IMG/VR virus record: IMGVR_UViG_3300004241_000001
Coordinates: 1-64,000 of that record
Source: a virus
Taxonomy: Duplodnaviria > Caudoviricetes
Strand: one strand, 5' to 3'
Length of the DNA: 64,000 nucleotides
Below, piece after piece: positions 1-9,437 of this stretch (within the stretch, counting starts at the first letter, position 1; each line of letters opens with the position of its first letter). Both the position numbers and the translations under genes were made by a program. The notes beneath the pieces were generated by a model, which did not search any database, was not told the DNA's origin, and was given only the letters and a program-made list of their open reading frames with translations.

Positions 1-114
1 TGCATTTTCAAGATTTGCATTTTCAAGATTGATTTGTTTGCCGCCGACTTCACCAGTTAACCACATTAAATGTAGTTTTAACATTTCCTTTAACTCATCA
101 TTTGTAAATTGCAT
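1..114 (-). CDS. Pentapeptide-repeat protein, N-terminal part (runs off the window edge)
   Basis: Manual translation MQFTNDELKEMLKLHLMWLTGEVGGKQINLENANLENA. The 15-bp tandem repeat at 1-30 encodes NLENA twice; the H..WL..GG lead-in is typical of this family. SD-like GGAAGG upstream. Confidence 0.8.
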   Translation of the reverse strand, partial: MQFTNDELKEMLKLHLMWLTGEVGGKQINLENANLENA

Positions 115-118
115 ATTA

Positions 119-256
119 TTACCTTCCTTCAGTAACCCCATTTCCAAAAAAATAATTCTTCTTTATTGTTTCTGCAATTGTTTTTAACCATCCTAACTCA
201 AACCCCATCTGTTTATCAATTTCTTCAAATGATTTAAAATTAAGATATAACAGCAT
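119..256 (-). CDS. Small hypothetical protein (45 aa)
   Basis: Manual ORF MLLYLNFKSF...TEGR filling the gap in the gene run; below the ORF-track cut-off. Confidence 0.35.
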   Translation of the reverse strand: MLLYLNFKSFEEIDKQMGFELGWLKTIAETIKKNYFFGNGVTEGR

Positions 257-306
257 AACTTATATTTCTATTTCATTCACAAAGATCAGCATCTTTTATT
301 AAAGGT

Positions 307-368
307 TTATGGGTGGATGGCAAGCAATCTCACCATCCAGCGCCCTCGGAGAACGCCTTTACCCATAA
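307..368 (-). other. GC-rich three-way-junction RNA structure in a 3' UTR
   Basis: Minus strand: closing stem UUAUGGGU/ACCCAUAA encloses hairpins GCGUUCU/AGGGCGC and GGAUGG/CCAUCC. Confidence 0.55.
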
Positions 369-372
369 TTAA

Positions 373-1008
373 TTAGATCAAATTGTTTAATTCTTTCTTT
401 TGTTCTTCTTTTGCCTCATTGCCAGTTGGAACTTCTCTGTCTTTAATTGGCAACGGCTTTAAAGCTCCTGATTTAATTCCAAGTTCCTGCAATGTTACAA
501 GCTGGCCTTTGACTGCGATTTCCATTTTTCTTTTCTCGAAGTTTTTAAGAACATCGTATGCCTCTTCAATTGTATCGAAATTGTATTTAACTGCTCTCAT
601 TGGAATAGCTGGCGGAATTTCAGTTCTTGGAACCTTAAGATTGTATGTTTTATTGATAGTTGCGTCAAAGTGATATTTCATTTGTTTATTTGAAAGAGAA
701 GTCTTTTCAACGTCAGTATCTTTCAGTTTGGCATTTGGTTGATAGTCAATTTTGAATTTAACATTCCAGTCTTCACATGATACTTTGATGCGGCAAAGTG
801 GAATTAAAGCGTCTAGAAATTTATTAAAAGTAATAGGTTTTCCTTCTTTTACCATATGTTCAGTAAAGCAAGCAGCCGCTTCAACATTTTCTTCGTTAAA
901 AGTTTTGATGCCGGCAGAAAGAAGTTTGCCTTTAATTGTATTAACTGTGTCCTCGTGCAAGAATGTAACGGTAGCGATTACTGGATAGATTTTAAAGTTT
1001 TTGTTCAT
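373..1008 (-). CDS. Hypothetical phage protein
   Basis: Track ORF 373..1044; start moved to ATG 1008, which follows AAGGAGAG. Confidence 0.8.
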   Translation of the reverse strand: MNKNFKIYPVIATVTFLHEDTVNTIKGKLLSAGIKTFNEENVEAAACFTEHMVKEGKPITFNKFLDALIPLCRIKVSCEDWNVKFKIDYQPNAKLKDTDVEKTSLSNKQMKYHFDATINKTYNLKVPRTEIPPAIPMRAVKYNFDTIEEAYDVLKNFEKRKMEIAVKGQLVTLQELGIKSGALKPLPIKDREVPTGNEAKEEQKKELNNLI

Positions 1009-1062
1009 TGTAAACTCTCCTTTTTTACCCATATAGGGTTGCATCAGAAATTACTGTCTGAC

Positions 1063-1353
1063 TCAGTTATTTTTAATATATTCTTCTATTGGAATTGCAT
1101 CTTTATCAAATCCATATCTTATAGAAAAATATATATTATAAACTCCATTTTTCCATAGTATATCTTCATTTATTTTTGTTAGAATTGCTAAAAACTCATT
1201 GCTGTCATAAACGCTTCTATCATCAATTAATATAAATATTTCATTCTTAAATGTTTTCTCAACATATATTTGTATATTTGGAAAATGATGATTAAGCCGA
1301 TTTTTTATTATTTTTATTGCTGCAAGTTCTTCCATTTTTACCTCGCAATCCAT
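1063..1353 (-). CDS. Hypothetical protein
   Basis: ORF in the co-oriented early gene run; start uncertain. Confidence 0.7.
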   Translation of the reverse strand: MDCEVKMEELAAIKIIKNRLNHHFPNIQIYVEKTFKNEIFILIDDRSVYDSNEFLAILTKINEDILWKNGVYNIYFSIRYGFDKDAIPIEEYIKNN

Positions 1354-1993
1354 AAGGAATATTATCTAACATTAAAATTTCTATATTTCTTTTTGTTGCA
1401 ACATTTACCGCTTCATCATACGAATTGCATCTGAAAATATTCTTTATGACTTCTTTTGGGTCGTTTAGCTTCATCCTATTGTCATTAGAAAATAAAATCT
1501 CTCCTTCCTCGTTTAATATTTTTCTTGCCAAATTTGCATCCATTATATTCCAGTCAACAAACATCGGAATCTTACATTTTGGAGCTAAAGATATTAATAT
1601 TGCTGACTGATAACTGTCTGAATATTTTTCTATTTCATCTATATCATTTTCTATAATTTTTATTTTTATGCTATTAGTCATTTGTAACTTTGCTTTATAG
1701 TCCATCAGCATCGCTACAACTCGCCATTCTGTGATTCTAAAATTAAACCATCCATCTATTAATTTCATTTCGCAATCAACAATATAATCTCCCGGATGTA
1801 ATAATATCAAACAATGCTCTCCGTTGACTGTTCTTGACTTAGATGCGCAAACAAATGGCATTGGCCTCTTATTGCTGTTTGTGATTATTCTTGAATATCC
1901 AGATGACAAATCTTCTAATGCTCCACCCATTTCCCATATTGCTGGATATCCTCGTTCAGTGCAAGAAATTTCTATAACTTTTTCTGTTTCCAT
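1292..1993 (-). CDS. Hypothetical phage protein
   Basis: 233-aa ORF, tightly packed with neighbours. Confidence 0.8.
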   Translation of the reverse strand: METEKVIEISCTERGYPAIWEMGGALEDLSSGYSRIITNSNKRPMPFVCASKSRTVNGEHCLILLHPGDYIVDCEMKLIDGWFNFRITEWRVVAMLMDYKAKLQMTNSIKIKIIENDIDEIEKYSDSYQSAILISLAPKCKIPMFVDWNIMDANLARKILNEEGEILFSNDNRMKLNDPKEVIKNIFRCNSYDEAVNVATKRNIEILMLDNIPYGLRGKNGRTCSNKNNKKSA

Positions 1994-1994
1994 T

Positions 1995-2330
1995 TTATTT
2001 ATTCCTTTCGTATTTCATATTCTCTAATTCATCCCATGTTTCAGGAATGTTTGATTCTATTTCAAATGCAATATCTGCTTGTTCTTTACTATCATTGTCG
2101 AAGTAAACTACAACCTCAAAATATGGCCCAAAATCATGTTGAAATTGTTTTACCCAAAAATACACTCCAGAATCTTTAAGGTATTCAAAGTAATTATCTA
2201 ACCCATCCCTAAACCTCTGGCACTCTTCTCTCATTTCATTTAAATATGGAACATCTTTATCAACACTAACACATTTCTCATTTATTGGACTGTTTCCAAT
2301 ACATATGAAATCTTTCATTTCGTCCTCCAT
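1995..2330 (-). CDS. Conserved phage hypothetical protein (HDFGxYxEVVVY type); paralog of 8207..8530
   Basis: Motif similarity by eye; start is probably 2330 or 2318 (GGAGG SD), not 2414. Confidence 0.75.
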   Translation of the reverse strand: MEDEMKDFICIGNSPINEKCVSVDKDVPYLNEMREECQRFRDGLDNYFEYLKDSGVYFWVKQFQHDFGPYFEVVVYFDNDSKEQADIAFEIESNIPETWDELENMKYERNK

Positions 2331-2332
2331 TT

Positions 2333-2650
2333 TTATTTCCCTAAAATATGTATAATTTTTGAAATAAACCACCCAATTAATAAAGGAGCAAATAGTGCCA
2401 CAAAAAGCATACATACCGATGGATTTTCTAACATTATAAGATATAGCTTTGCAGCAATTATAAATATAATTCCATATGTATAATAGAATATCAGTTTTAT
2501 TGTTAGTTTTAAAATTTCTTTATTAAAGCTTATATTCTCATCATCATAAATAAGGTCATAGGCAAGTCTATCACTTTTTTCTTTTATAAGTCTTTCTTGT
2601 TCTTTTGAAATTTTAAATTCATATTTCATATCTCCTCCATTTTTATCCAT
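2333..2650 (-). CDS. Hypothetical membrane protein (2 TM)
   Basis: Two hydrophobic segments in the C-terminal half. Confidence 0.7.
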   Translation of the reverse strand: MDKNGGDMKYEFKISKEQERLIKEKSDRLAYDLIYDDENISFNKEILKLTIKLIFYYTYGIIFIIAAKLYLIMLENPSVCMLFVALFAPLLIGWFISKIIHILGK

Positions 2651-2714
2651 CAGGATATAGCGTAAAAATCATTTCTATGGCGTTTAAAGGCAGGTTAAGA
2701 TAATTTTAGTATAT

Positions 2715-3056
2715 TTAATCATTAAATAGATTTAAGTCGAACATGTAACTTTTTTCGTTAAATGCTTTATTTAAAAAATCTCTAAATAAACTCAGACTAT
2801 CTTTTTCATTTTCTGGAATATCTATTGATTCACCATTAACAAAACTTTCGTCTATAGTTTCTTTATGGAAGAATATTTTATCACCAGCTATACATACATG
2901 AGTACGATATGCCGAACCTGTATACCATTTGCATAATCCATCACTTGCACACTTCTCTCCATTCACAGGTCTTCCATCATAATATCCATTTGCTTTTAGA
3001 AAAAATGTTATTTCGCATGGCAATCCTAAACCATTTAATTTATCAAATAGTTTCAT
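2715..3056 (-). CDS. Hypothetical protein
   Basis: ORF with AGGAG SD. Confidence 0.75.
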   Translation of the reverse strand: MKLFDKLNGLGLPCEITFFLKANGYYDGRPVNGEKCASDGLCKWYTGSAYRTHVCIAGDKIFFHKETIDESFVNGESIDIPENEKDSLSLFRDFLNKAFNEKSYMFDLNLFND

Positions 3057-3514
3057 TTATTTCTCCTTTTATTAAACTTTTCTGCTGAAAGATGGCTTAC
3101 TTTAAAGCAGTATTTATTTTCATCATAAATTATCGGCCTGATTTTGTTTTCTGGAATTATTTTGGTTATATCATACTTTTCTGAGTTCTTTTTTGTAAGA
3201 GCGTAGCAATTCATTGAGCATCCAGTTGGAACGTCATGGCCAGATGATACAATTTTAAGCAGTTTATTTTTATCAGTAGCATATATAGTTGTTGACTCAA
3301 AATGATTTCCATCAATAATAATTCTTTTTAATTTGTCTAAGCTATCTGCTATTGTTATTCCGCCTCTACCACGCCAGTCGATGTTTGATGCTTCGATGAC
3401 AATTATAAATCCTTTCTTAAATATACTTTCAAAAAGTGAATCTAAATCCTGTTCAAAGATATAATAGTCATTATCATCTAACATATAATCATTAGAATTT
3501 AAAATCTCTTTCAT
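3053..3514 (-). CDS. Hypothetical phage protein
   Basis: ORF with GGAGG SD. Confidence 0.8.
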   Translation of the reverse strand: MKEILNSNDYMLDDNDYYIFEQDLDSLFESIFKKGFIIVIEASNIDWRGRGGITIADSLDKLKRIIIDGNHFESTTIYATDKNKLLKIVSSGHDVPTGCSMNCYALTKKNSEKYDITKIIPENKIRPIIYDENKYCFKVSHLSAEKFNKRRNK

Positions 3515-3518
3515 GATA

Positions 3519-3782
3519 TTAGTTCCTCCAATGTTTCATAGGTTTGTAAAGATGTCGTTCAATTGTATCGAAACTTGAATAATATATCATTTCCGCTGTT
3601 TCAAATTTATTCCAGTCTTCATTTAGAAACGCAAGATTAAGTTCCGGTGTTATTTTAACTCTTATTGGATAATTATCTTTCTCATGTTTGAGATAGAAAT
3701 ATTTATTTTTCTTTTCGATGTGATTAATCCGATTCTCAAATAAATGAGGTCGTTCAATTATTTTCGTCATTGTTGCCACCAA
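3519..3782 (-). CDS. Hypothetical protein
   Basis: ORF in the packed run. Confidence 0.65.
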   Translation of the reverse strand: MVATMTKIIERPHLFENRINHIEKKNKYFYLKHEKDNYPIRVKITPELNLAFLNEDWNKFETAEMIYYSSFDTIERHLYKPMKHWRN

Positions 3783-4365
3783 ACTTTTCCATCCATATTT
3801 TTATAAAACTATGAACTATTCCATGAATTGCACAACAATGTTCTATCATATTTAAAACTTGACCGATTATATATCTTGCATAACTATCAGAGTTTGTATA
3901 TATAGAAGTATCACGAACGAAATCGTTTTCTTTAAACCCTTTGTCTTTTAATATTTCTGATATTCTTAATATATACCCATTGTCTATTCCTATAAAGTCT
4001 GTTGCGTCAATTGCTTCATCGATTGCCATTAATATTTCTTTATTTGTAGTTAATGTCGGCAATTTATTAACACATTCAAAAAGTCTATTATTGTATTCAT
4101 GAACTTGTTTATTATGCTTTATTTGCTCTTCTTTGTATTCGTCTGATTCTAAATACTTTCTATTATTTTCTTCCATCTTTTGACGAAAATAAGAAACTAA
4201 ATTTTTCAATACAGTGTCTTTTGTTGCCTCTAATCTTATTCCATTAAAATCGCCAACGATCTTTGCATCTTTCTTTTTTGCTATATCTATCATCCTTTCG
4301 CAATATTTATTTATATGCATCCCAAGTGTATCATGGCAATAATCGTCTATGTTTATTTCTATCAT
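3754..4365 (-). CDS. Hypothetical phage protein
   Basis: 203-aa ORF, GGAGG SD, stop/start overlap. Confidence 0.8.
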   Translation of the reverse strand: MIEINIDDYCHDTLGMHINKYCERMIDIAKKKDAKIVGDFNGIRLEATKDTVLKNLVSYFRQKMEENNRKYLESDEYKEEQIKHNKQVHEYNNRLFECVNKLPTLTTNKEILMAIDEAIDATDFIGIDNGYILRISEILKDKGFKENDFVRDTSIYTNSDSYARYIIGQVLNMIEHCCAIHGIVHSFIKIWMEKFGGNNDENN

Positions 4366-4634
4366 ATTTCCTCCATTTCTGCATGGTTACTAAGTATTTC
4401 AAGAGCCTCATAAGCACTATTAACACATTTATTAAAGTTGCATTTTTCATACCCTTTATCGGTAATTCTTAAGAATGTTGCTCCATATATCGTATCTTGG
4501 AATATTCCTTTACCTATCGATATTTCAAGAAGTAAATTACCTTTCTTGTGATATGAAACAACTTCTGGTGTCATAAAATTAGTTTGTCCATTATAGACTT
4601 TTTCAAATATGGCTTTTATTTGTTCATTTGTCAT
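4362..4634 (-). CDS. Hypothetical phage protein
   Basis: ORF with GGAGG SD and ATGA overlap. Confidence 0.8.
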   Translation of the reverse strand: MTNEQIKAIFEKVYNGQTNFMTPEVVSYHKKGNLLLEISIGKGIFQDTIYGATFLRITDKGYEKCNFNKCVNSAYEALEILSNHAEMEEI

Positions 4635-4951
4635 TGTATTTCCTCCAATTCAGACATAAGGACAAGGTATCCAAGTCCTCCGATTTTTCCATATAAGATA
4701 CATTGATCGTCCATCGATTCCAATGTTACCTCCTTAGCTCTATTTCTGTTTTTTTCATTGTTGATGTAGTTGACAATCCTTTGAGAAAACATGACGGCAG
4801 CGATGTTACCATTTTTTGCGGAAAAAAACGCTCTTTCTGCACTGACGTTGAGCCATTTATCTTCGATGGTTATTATCTGACCATTAAGTCCTCTATAATT
4901 ATCATGAAATTTAACTTTGTAATTTGTGTTTTTCTTAAATTCTGTTGTCAT
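4631..4951 (-). CDS. Hypothetical protein
   Basis: ORF in the packed run. Confidence 0.75.
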   Translation of the reverse strand: MTTEFKKNTNYKVKFHDNYRGLNGQIITIEDKWLNVSAERAFFSAKNGNIAAVMFSQRIVNYINNEKNRNRAKEVTLESMDDQCILYGKIGGLGYLVLMSELEEIQ

Positions 4952-4952
4952 T

Positions 4953-5348
4953 TTACGCCACCTTACTTTCTAACAAATTTTTAGGAATCATTACGCAATC
5001 TGGAGTTGCATAAATTCTCAGGCCTAAGTCTTTTCCACAGAATATCACATGTTCAACAAGAATTTGGTTCTTATTTGCAATCCAATGAGGATCTTCTTTG
5101 TGTTGGTTTATTGGATGCGAGTTCTGAAATGACTCCGATGTTGCCTGAATGTCTGCACTTTCTCCGAGTATCTTAAATGAGCTTCTGGAGCCGCCAGACC
5201 AATATGAAATAATTGAATGTTTCTCGTTGGCCTCTGTAAAACGAATATATATTGTTCTACCTTTGTAGTTTGGAAATGATTTGTTGATTATAAATTCCGA
5301 GTCTTTACGGCTTAATTTTATCTTCTCCATCTTTATCAATCCTTTCAA
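4953..5348 (-). CDS. Hypothetical phage protein (SYWSGGS motif)
   Basis: ORF in the packed run; start may be 5330. Confidence 0.75.
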   Translation of the reverse strand: MKGLIKMEKIKLSRKDSEFIINKSFPNYKGRTIYIRFTEANEKHSIISYWSGGSRSSFKILGESADIQATSESFQNSHPINQHKEDPHWIANKNQILVEHVIFCGKDLGLRIYATPDCVMIPKNLLESKVA

Positions 5349-5610
5349 ACTCTTCTTTTAATTTTTCATATAATTTCTCTTTAAAACTTCTTGGGAAAGG
5401 AATATTTTCTATATAGATATCTTCAGCTTTCATATTAATCATATAATCTGCTATATTCGATAAACATATTTTAGCAAAAGTAGGCTCGCTTCCATTTATG
5501 TTTACTTGAACATTTGATACAATGCTTGATATATCAACTCCATCAACGATTACTTTCTTTCTAAAAAATGGGCCAGTATTATCAAGCTCTTGTGTTATTT
5601 CAACATTCAT
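5305..5610 (-). CDS. Hypothetical protein
   Basis: ORF with AAGGAG SD. Confidence 0.75.
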   Translation of the reverse strand: MNVEITQELDNTGPFFRKKVIVDGVDISSIVSNVQVNINGSEPTFAKICLSNIADYMINMKAEDIYIENIPFPRSFKEKLYEKLKEEFERIDKDGEDKIKP

Positions 5611-5612
5611 AT

Positions 5613-6047
5613 TTATTCTCCTTTACAAATTTCTTCAAGTTGTTTTAAGATATCATGAGCATCTACAAAACAACGGTTGTTTTCGTCAAACGTTTCACAA
5701 TTCATTACGTCATCATCATCAAAATGGGCATAATCGCATCCAAAAACTTTATTTGTGCCATCCATTTTAAGATATGTTGCCTCACCGTGAAAATATATCA
5801 GGCTAAAGTCGTCATAGTTATCTGGAAGTTTTTCAAAGCCAGGGAATGATGGTTTAAAGCGAATATAAAGATTCCATATATTGCTTTTATGACCAAGTAT
5901 TTTTTCTATTTCCTCTCTTCTTTCGTGACTATCTGGATTCCAATGTTTTACAATTACATCGAAATTTTTTCTATTTACAACAAATGTCTCAACTGGGCGT
6001 TTCATTTTAAAAAAATTGTCTATTTTGTTTTTAAATCTATTTTTCAT
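5613..6047 (-). CDS. Conserved phage hypothetical protein (HGxxTY...GxDxAH type)
   Basis: FHGEATY...FGCDYAH motif; start moved to 6047, which follows GGAGG. Confidence 0.75.
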   Translation of the reverse strand: MKNRFKNKIDNFFKMKRPVETFVVNRKNFDVIVKHWNPDSHERREEIEKILGHKSNIWNLYIRFKPSFPGFEKLPDNYDDFSLIYFHGEATYLKMDGTNKVFGCDYAHFDDDDVMNCETFDENNRCFVDAHDILKQLEEICKGE

Positions 6048-6072
6048 AATTCCTCCGCTTAAAGTCCGAAGA

Positions 6073-6240
6073 CTATGCATATTTTTCTTTATATTGGTTA
6101 TAAAAGTATTCCGGTCCATATTGTATTTCTGCCTCATTACAGATATAAATCAATCCGGGAGTTGTTTTAATGCTTTCTTGCCCTATAAATTCAATCATTC
6201 CATTGTCATTAATTACTGGAATGTAGTTAAAATTTCTCAT
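6073..6240 (-). CDS. Small hypothetical protein
   Basis: ATG 6240 follows AAGGAG. Confidence 0.6.
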   Translation of the reverse strand: MRNFNYIPVINDNGMIEFIGQESIKTTPGLIYICNEAEIQYGPEYFYNQYKEKYA

Positions 6241-6256
6241 ATAAATCACTCCTTTA

Positions 6257-6619
6257 TTATTTGGGGAATGCCGTTTCAGCTCCATCGTATTCTTCTATAA
6301 AATATCCGCTACCATAATTTGGTATTTCAACAATCTCAATATTTGCAAAGTCATCACTTGCTGATTCTCCGAGTTTTTCAATAACCTGTATAAGTCTTGG
6401 GTCACTTCTATCAACCTCATCCTCATTGCCATTTCTATTATTATCCATATTTAAACCTAATTCTTTAAGCTCTTCTAAAGCTAAATTAGATAATCCAAAT
6501 CCGCCGTAGCAATTATTGATGGCAATTTTTTGTGTTATTCCTCTTTTGTTGACTTCTTTTTTAAGTTCAGGAATCAATTTTAGAATTTCTTCATCTGATA
6601 GGTTTTCAATATTTATCAT
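6257..6619 (-). CDS. Widespread phage hypothetical protein (IN.CYGGFGLS...R.DP.L family)
   Basis: KIAINNCYGGFGLS, DRSDPRLIQVIE and IEEYDG motifs. Confidence 0.85.
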   Translation of the reverse strand: MINIENLSDEEILKLIPELKKEVNKRGITQKIAINNCYGGFGLSNLALEELKELGLNMDNNRNGNEDEVDRSDPRLIQVIEKLGESASDDFANIEIVEIPNYGSGYFIEEYDGAETAFPK

Positions 6620-6630
6620 AATCTTCTCCT

Positions 6631-6909
6631 TTATTTTTGTGGAAATTTTACAGAAATATCATAATAATCTGACACCTCATTGTCTTTTAGATATGATGGG
6701 AATATATATAAGCTATTTCTAATGCCTCGTATTATTGGATTATCGAATTCTATTTGTTTTCTAAACTTATTATATTTACCATTAGGAATAATAAACTTAT
6801 ACCATTTTGTTTCTTTTGTTTCTGATAGCCACGCCAGACAGTCTATAACACGAAAACCATCATATTGTTCAAAATTAGTATTTTGGTATAGTTTTTTTAA
6901 TTTTATCAT
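6631..6909 (-). CDS. Hypothetical protein
   Basis: Track ORF 6631..6999; probable start MIKLKK at 6909. Confidence 0.65.
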   Translation of the reverse strand: MIKLKKLYQNTNFEQYDGFRVIDCLAWLSETKETKWYKFIIPNGKYNKFRKQIEFDNPIIRGIRNSLYIFPSYLKDNEVSDYYDISVKFPQK

Positions 6910-6913
6910 TTCA

Positions 6914-7645
6914 TTATCTCTTTCTTGTATAAAAATAGCAATCTTCAAGAATTTTGATGTCATTAATATGTTTATCAAAATCACAGTCAATGAAATCACA
7001 TGAAATTATTTTATCATAACAAAACTTTGCCTGATACATATGGCAATCTTCAAAAGTATTTCCAACCATACTTCTTCCAAATCCAAAAAATGCTGACCAA
7101 TTCATATTGCAATCTTTAAATTTACAGTTTATTAAAGCACCGGTAAAACAAACATGTAATAAATTGCAATTAATAAATTGAACATTTCTCATATCTCCGG
7201 TTATTGAAAACTCTATATAATTATCAAAATTACAGTTAATAAATATAGTGTCCGAAATGATAGGACTCTTTAACTCTTTTATATCTGCGAATATACAAAA
7301 ATTAACACCTCTTACAACTTGCCATGATAAATCCATTCTATAATCAGGTTTTCTATCTCCATTTTGCCATTTATTGTGAAACTTTATCATATCTTCAATC
7401 TCTTCGGTCGACAAAGATATAAAACTTGAATGGTGTCTTGAAATATATTTTTTTGCATTTAATATTTTAAACATCTTATTTACAATTTTTACTACAATAT
7501 TTTTAATTTTATCTTGCATTTCTATCTGCATTAAGGTTTTAATTATATATGCGATAATAAATGGATGTATGAAAAATACAAAAACTATAAATATAGTTAT
7601 TATATTTTGTAAAAAATCAAATATCTCATTCATTGTTCCTCCCAT
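6914..7645 (-). CDS. Membrane-anchored divergent pentapeptide-repeat protein
   Basis: N-terminal TM helix; FHNKWQNG lead-in; repeats TIFINCNF, VQFINCNL, CKFKDCNM, NTFEDCHM. Confidence 0.7.
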   Translation of the reverse strand: MGGTMNEIFDFLQNIITIFIVFVFFIHPFIIAYIIKTLMQIEMQDKIKNIVVKIVNKMFKILNAKKYISRHHSSFISLSTEEIEDMIKFHNKWQNGDRKPDYRMDLSWQVVRGVNFCIFADIKELKSPIISDTIFINCNFDNYIEFSITGDMRNVQFINCNLLHVCFTGALINCKFKDCNMNWSAFFGFGRSMVGNTFEDCHMYQAKFCYDKIISCDFIDCDFDKHINDIKILEDCYFYTRKR

Positions 7646-8178
7646 TTATTTAATTCAAGACAATCAATCCATATACGAACAAAACGGCCTTCACAGCCAT
7701 TACTGTAGTTAAATGCACTACCATTGTGTGTTAATTTATAAGATATTCTACGGTCTATACATTCAGAATAGAATAAAGCAATAGCGTCACTTTTAGTAAG
7801 ACATGGAGCAATCTTTTTATTATCTCCATGTATACAATTGACAATATATATTCTCTTGTTGTTAAATTTGTCAGACGTATCAAATAAATAATCTGAAATG
7901 GTCTGTCCATATTCTGAGCATATCCATTTATCAAAATCGTCAAGAGATATAGACGCCTGTCTAATAAGATCGTCGCTATCTCCAATAAAACTATATATAA
8001 TTTGATAAATATTTATCTCTAATTCGCTTTTTAATACAGTTTCTGGTTTAGTTATAATTTTAATTATGTCATCGCCTTCAATTTCAATACTTGTCCTTTT
8101 GTATTTTTTACAAGGAGATATAATAGAATCTCCAAGAAAACTTTTAATTTTTATTTTTTTTATTGTATAAAGCCCCAT
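7630..8178 (-). CDS. Hypothetical protein
   Basis: ORF with GGAGG SD. Confidence 0.75.
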   Translation of the reverse strand: MGLYTIKKIKIKSFLGDSIISPCKKYKRTSIEIEGDDIIKIITKPETVLKSELEINIYQIIYSFIGDSDDLIRQASISLDDFDKWICSEYGQTISDYLFDTSDKFNNKRIYIVNCIHGDNKKIAPCLTKSDAIALFYSECIDRRISYKLTHNGSAFNYSNGCEGRFVRIWIDCLELNKWEEQ

Positions 8179-8206
8179 ATTCCCTCCAATTTATAGTCTT
8201 CCGACT

Positions 8207-8530
8207 TTAAAGACAGATATAAAACTCTTCCGTATCTGTCCATTTCTGTGGTAGATTTTCAGACATAATTGTAGCGCATTGAACCTGTACTTCGTCAGTT
8301 TCGTCATAAACGACAACAATATTTAGGAATGGCCGAGTATCGTTTCCAAAACATTTAACTTCAAGTTTTACCTTATTATTTTCTTTTAGCATATCTGAGA
8401 ACCTTTTTTTTAGTAGAGTAAGATATCGATATGCTTGTTCGTTCATAGCAGGAATGTAATCTAATGTTGGTCCTATAGGTTCAATAGATTCTTCATTTTC
8501 AGGGCATAGTCCTAATTCAATATACTTCAT
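8207..8530 (-). CDS. Hypothetical protein; paralog of 1995..2330
   Basis: ORF with GAGGTG SD and a shared motif pattern. Confidence 0.8.
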   Translation of the reverse strand: MKYIELGLCPENEESIEPIGPTLDYIPAMNEQAYRYLTLLKKRFSDMLKENNKVKLEVKCFGNDTRPFLNIVVVYDETDEVQVQCATIMSENLPQKWTDTEEFYICL

Positions 8531-8545
8531 TGCTTCACCTCTTTT

Positions 8546-8842
8546 CTATATTTTATTTTTTTTGCATCTATCAGACCGTATAGACTTCCATGCGTCAAAT
8601 GACACTTGATATTTTAGCATTTGCGATCTTGATATTTCCATGTAAATGTTAGCTTCTTCTATTTGTTGTATTTCTTCGTCTGAAGCATTAAATATTTCAA
8701 GACGATTAAATCCTCTTTCCAAAATTGGAATCTGGCCATTTGCAAAGCCATCTTTTGGATAAAGTTTTCCATCTACTTCCTCAAGCTCCTGTATTTCATA
8801 ATCTTGTGCCATTTCAGAATAAACTAAGTATTTCTTTATCAT
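8546..8842 (-). CDS. Hypothetical protein
   Basis: ORF with AGGAGG SD. Confidence 0.8.
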   Translation of the reverse strand: MIKKYLVYSEMAQDYEIQELEEVDGKLYPKDGFANGQIPILERGFNRLEIFNASDEEIQQIEEANIYMEISRSQMLKYQVSFDAWKSIRSDRCKKNKI

Positions 8843-8850
8843 ATGTCCTC

Positions 8851-9033
8851 CTATTTTGTTATCTCAAACGCTCTTGCAAATGAGATATTTATTTGACCTA
8901 TTTGAAAGCCAGTCTGAGTGCGACAAACTGCCATTCTAAACTTCTCAGACAATCTTGTTGCAATTCTGTCCTCGGTATTTTTAAGTATCGTGATGATGGA
9001 TAAGTCATCATGTTCTTCTATATTCATAACCAT
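8851..9033 (-). CDS. Small hypothetical protein
   Basis: ORF with AGGAGG SD. Confidence 0.7.
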   Translation of the reverse strand: MVMNIEEHDDLSIITILKNTEDRIATRLSEKFRMAVCRTQTGFQIGQINISFARAFEITK

Positions 9034-9052
9034 ATTACTTCCTCCTAAATAA

Positions 9053-9385
9053 TTATAACGCCCACAAAGCGCTCAGTCTTTTAACGATAGATTTTGGCAT
9101 CGGTTTACCAACTTGAATAAGTCTTTCCTGAATATGAGGACGAAAATATACCTTCTTGATTTGCTCAGTCGCCATATTTTTATCGCCATTATTAAACTTT
9201 CTGACGATAGACTTAATAACCCTCGTTTCTTCATCAAAAGAAATAAGGAAGTGAATTTGGTTTAGCGACAGGTTCATCCTTGAAGCATGGTCATAGAATT
9301 TCAGCAGTTCTTCTTTTTCTGAAAAGTTGTAATTATATCGGTCTGAGTTTATCCAGCCGGCCTGGTTTAAAACAATTACTCTCAT
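9053..9385 (-). CDS. Hypothetical protein
   Basis: ORF with GGAGG SD; first gene after the candidate ncRNA. Confidence 0.8.
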   Translation of the reverse strand: MRVIVLNQAGWINSDRYNYNFSEKEELLKFYDHASRMNLSLNQIHFLISFDEETRVIKSIVRKFNNGDKNMATEQIKKVYFRPHIQERLIQVGKPMPKSIVKRLSALWAL

Positions 9386-9437
9386 AAAATCCTCCGTTTA
9401 TACTCGCGTCAGTCTGACGGTAGAGTTAATTTAAAAT

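Noticed and set aside
383-7003. Plus-strand ORFs overlapping the early genes
   Set aside because: Antisense shadows of packed minus-strand genes that have good SD sequences
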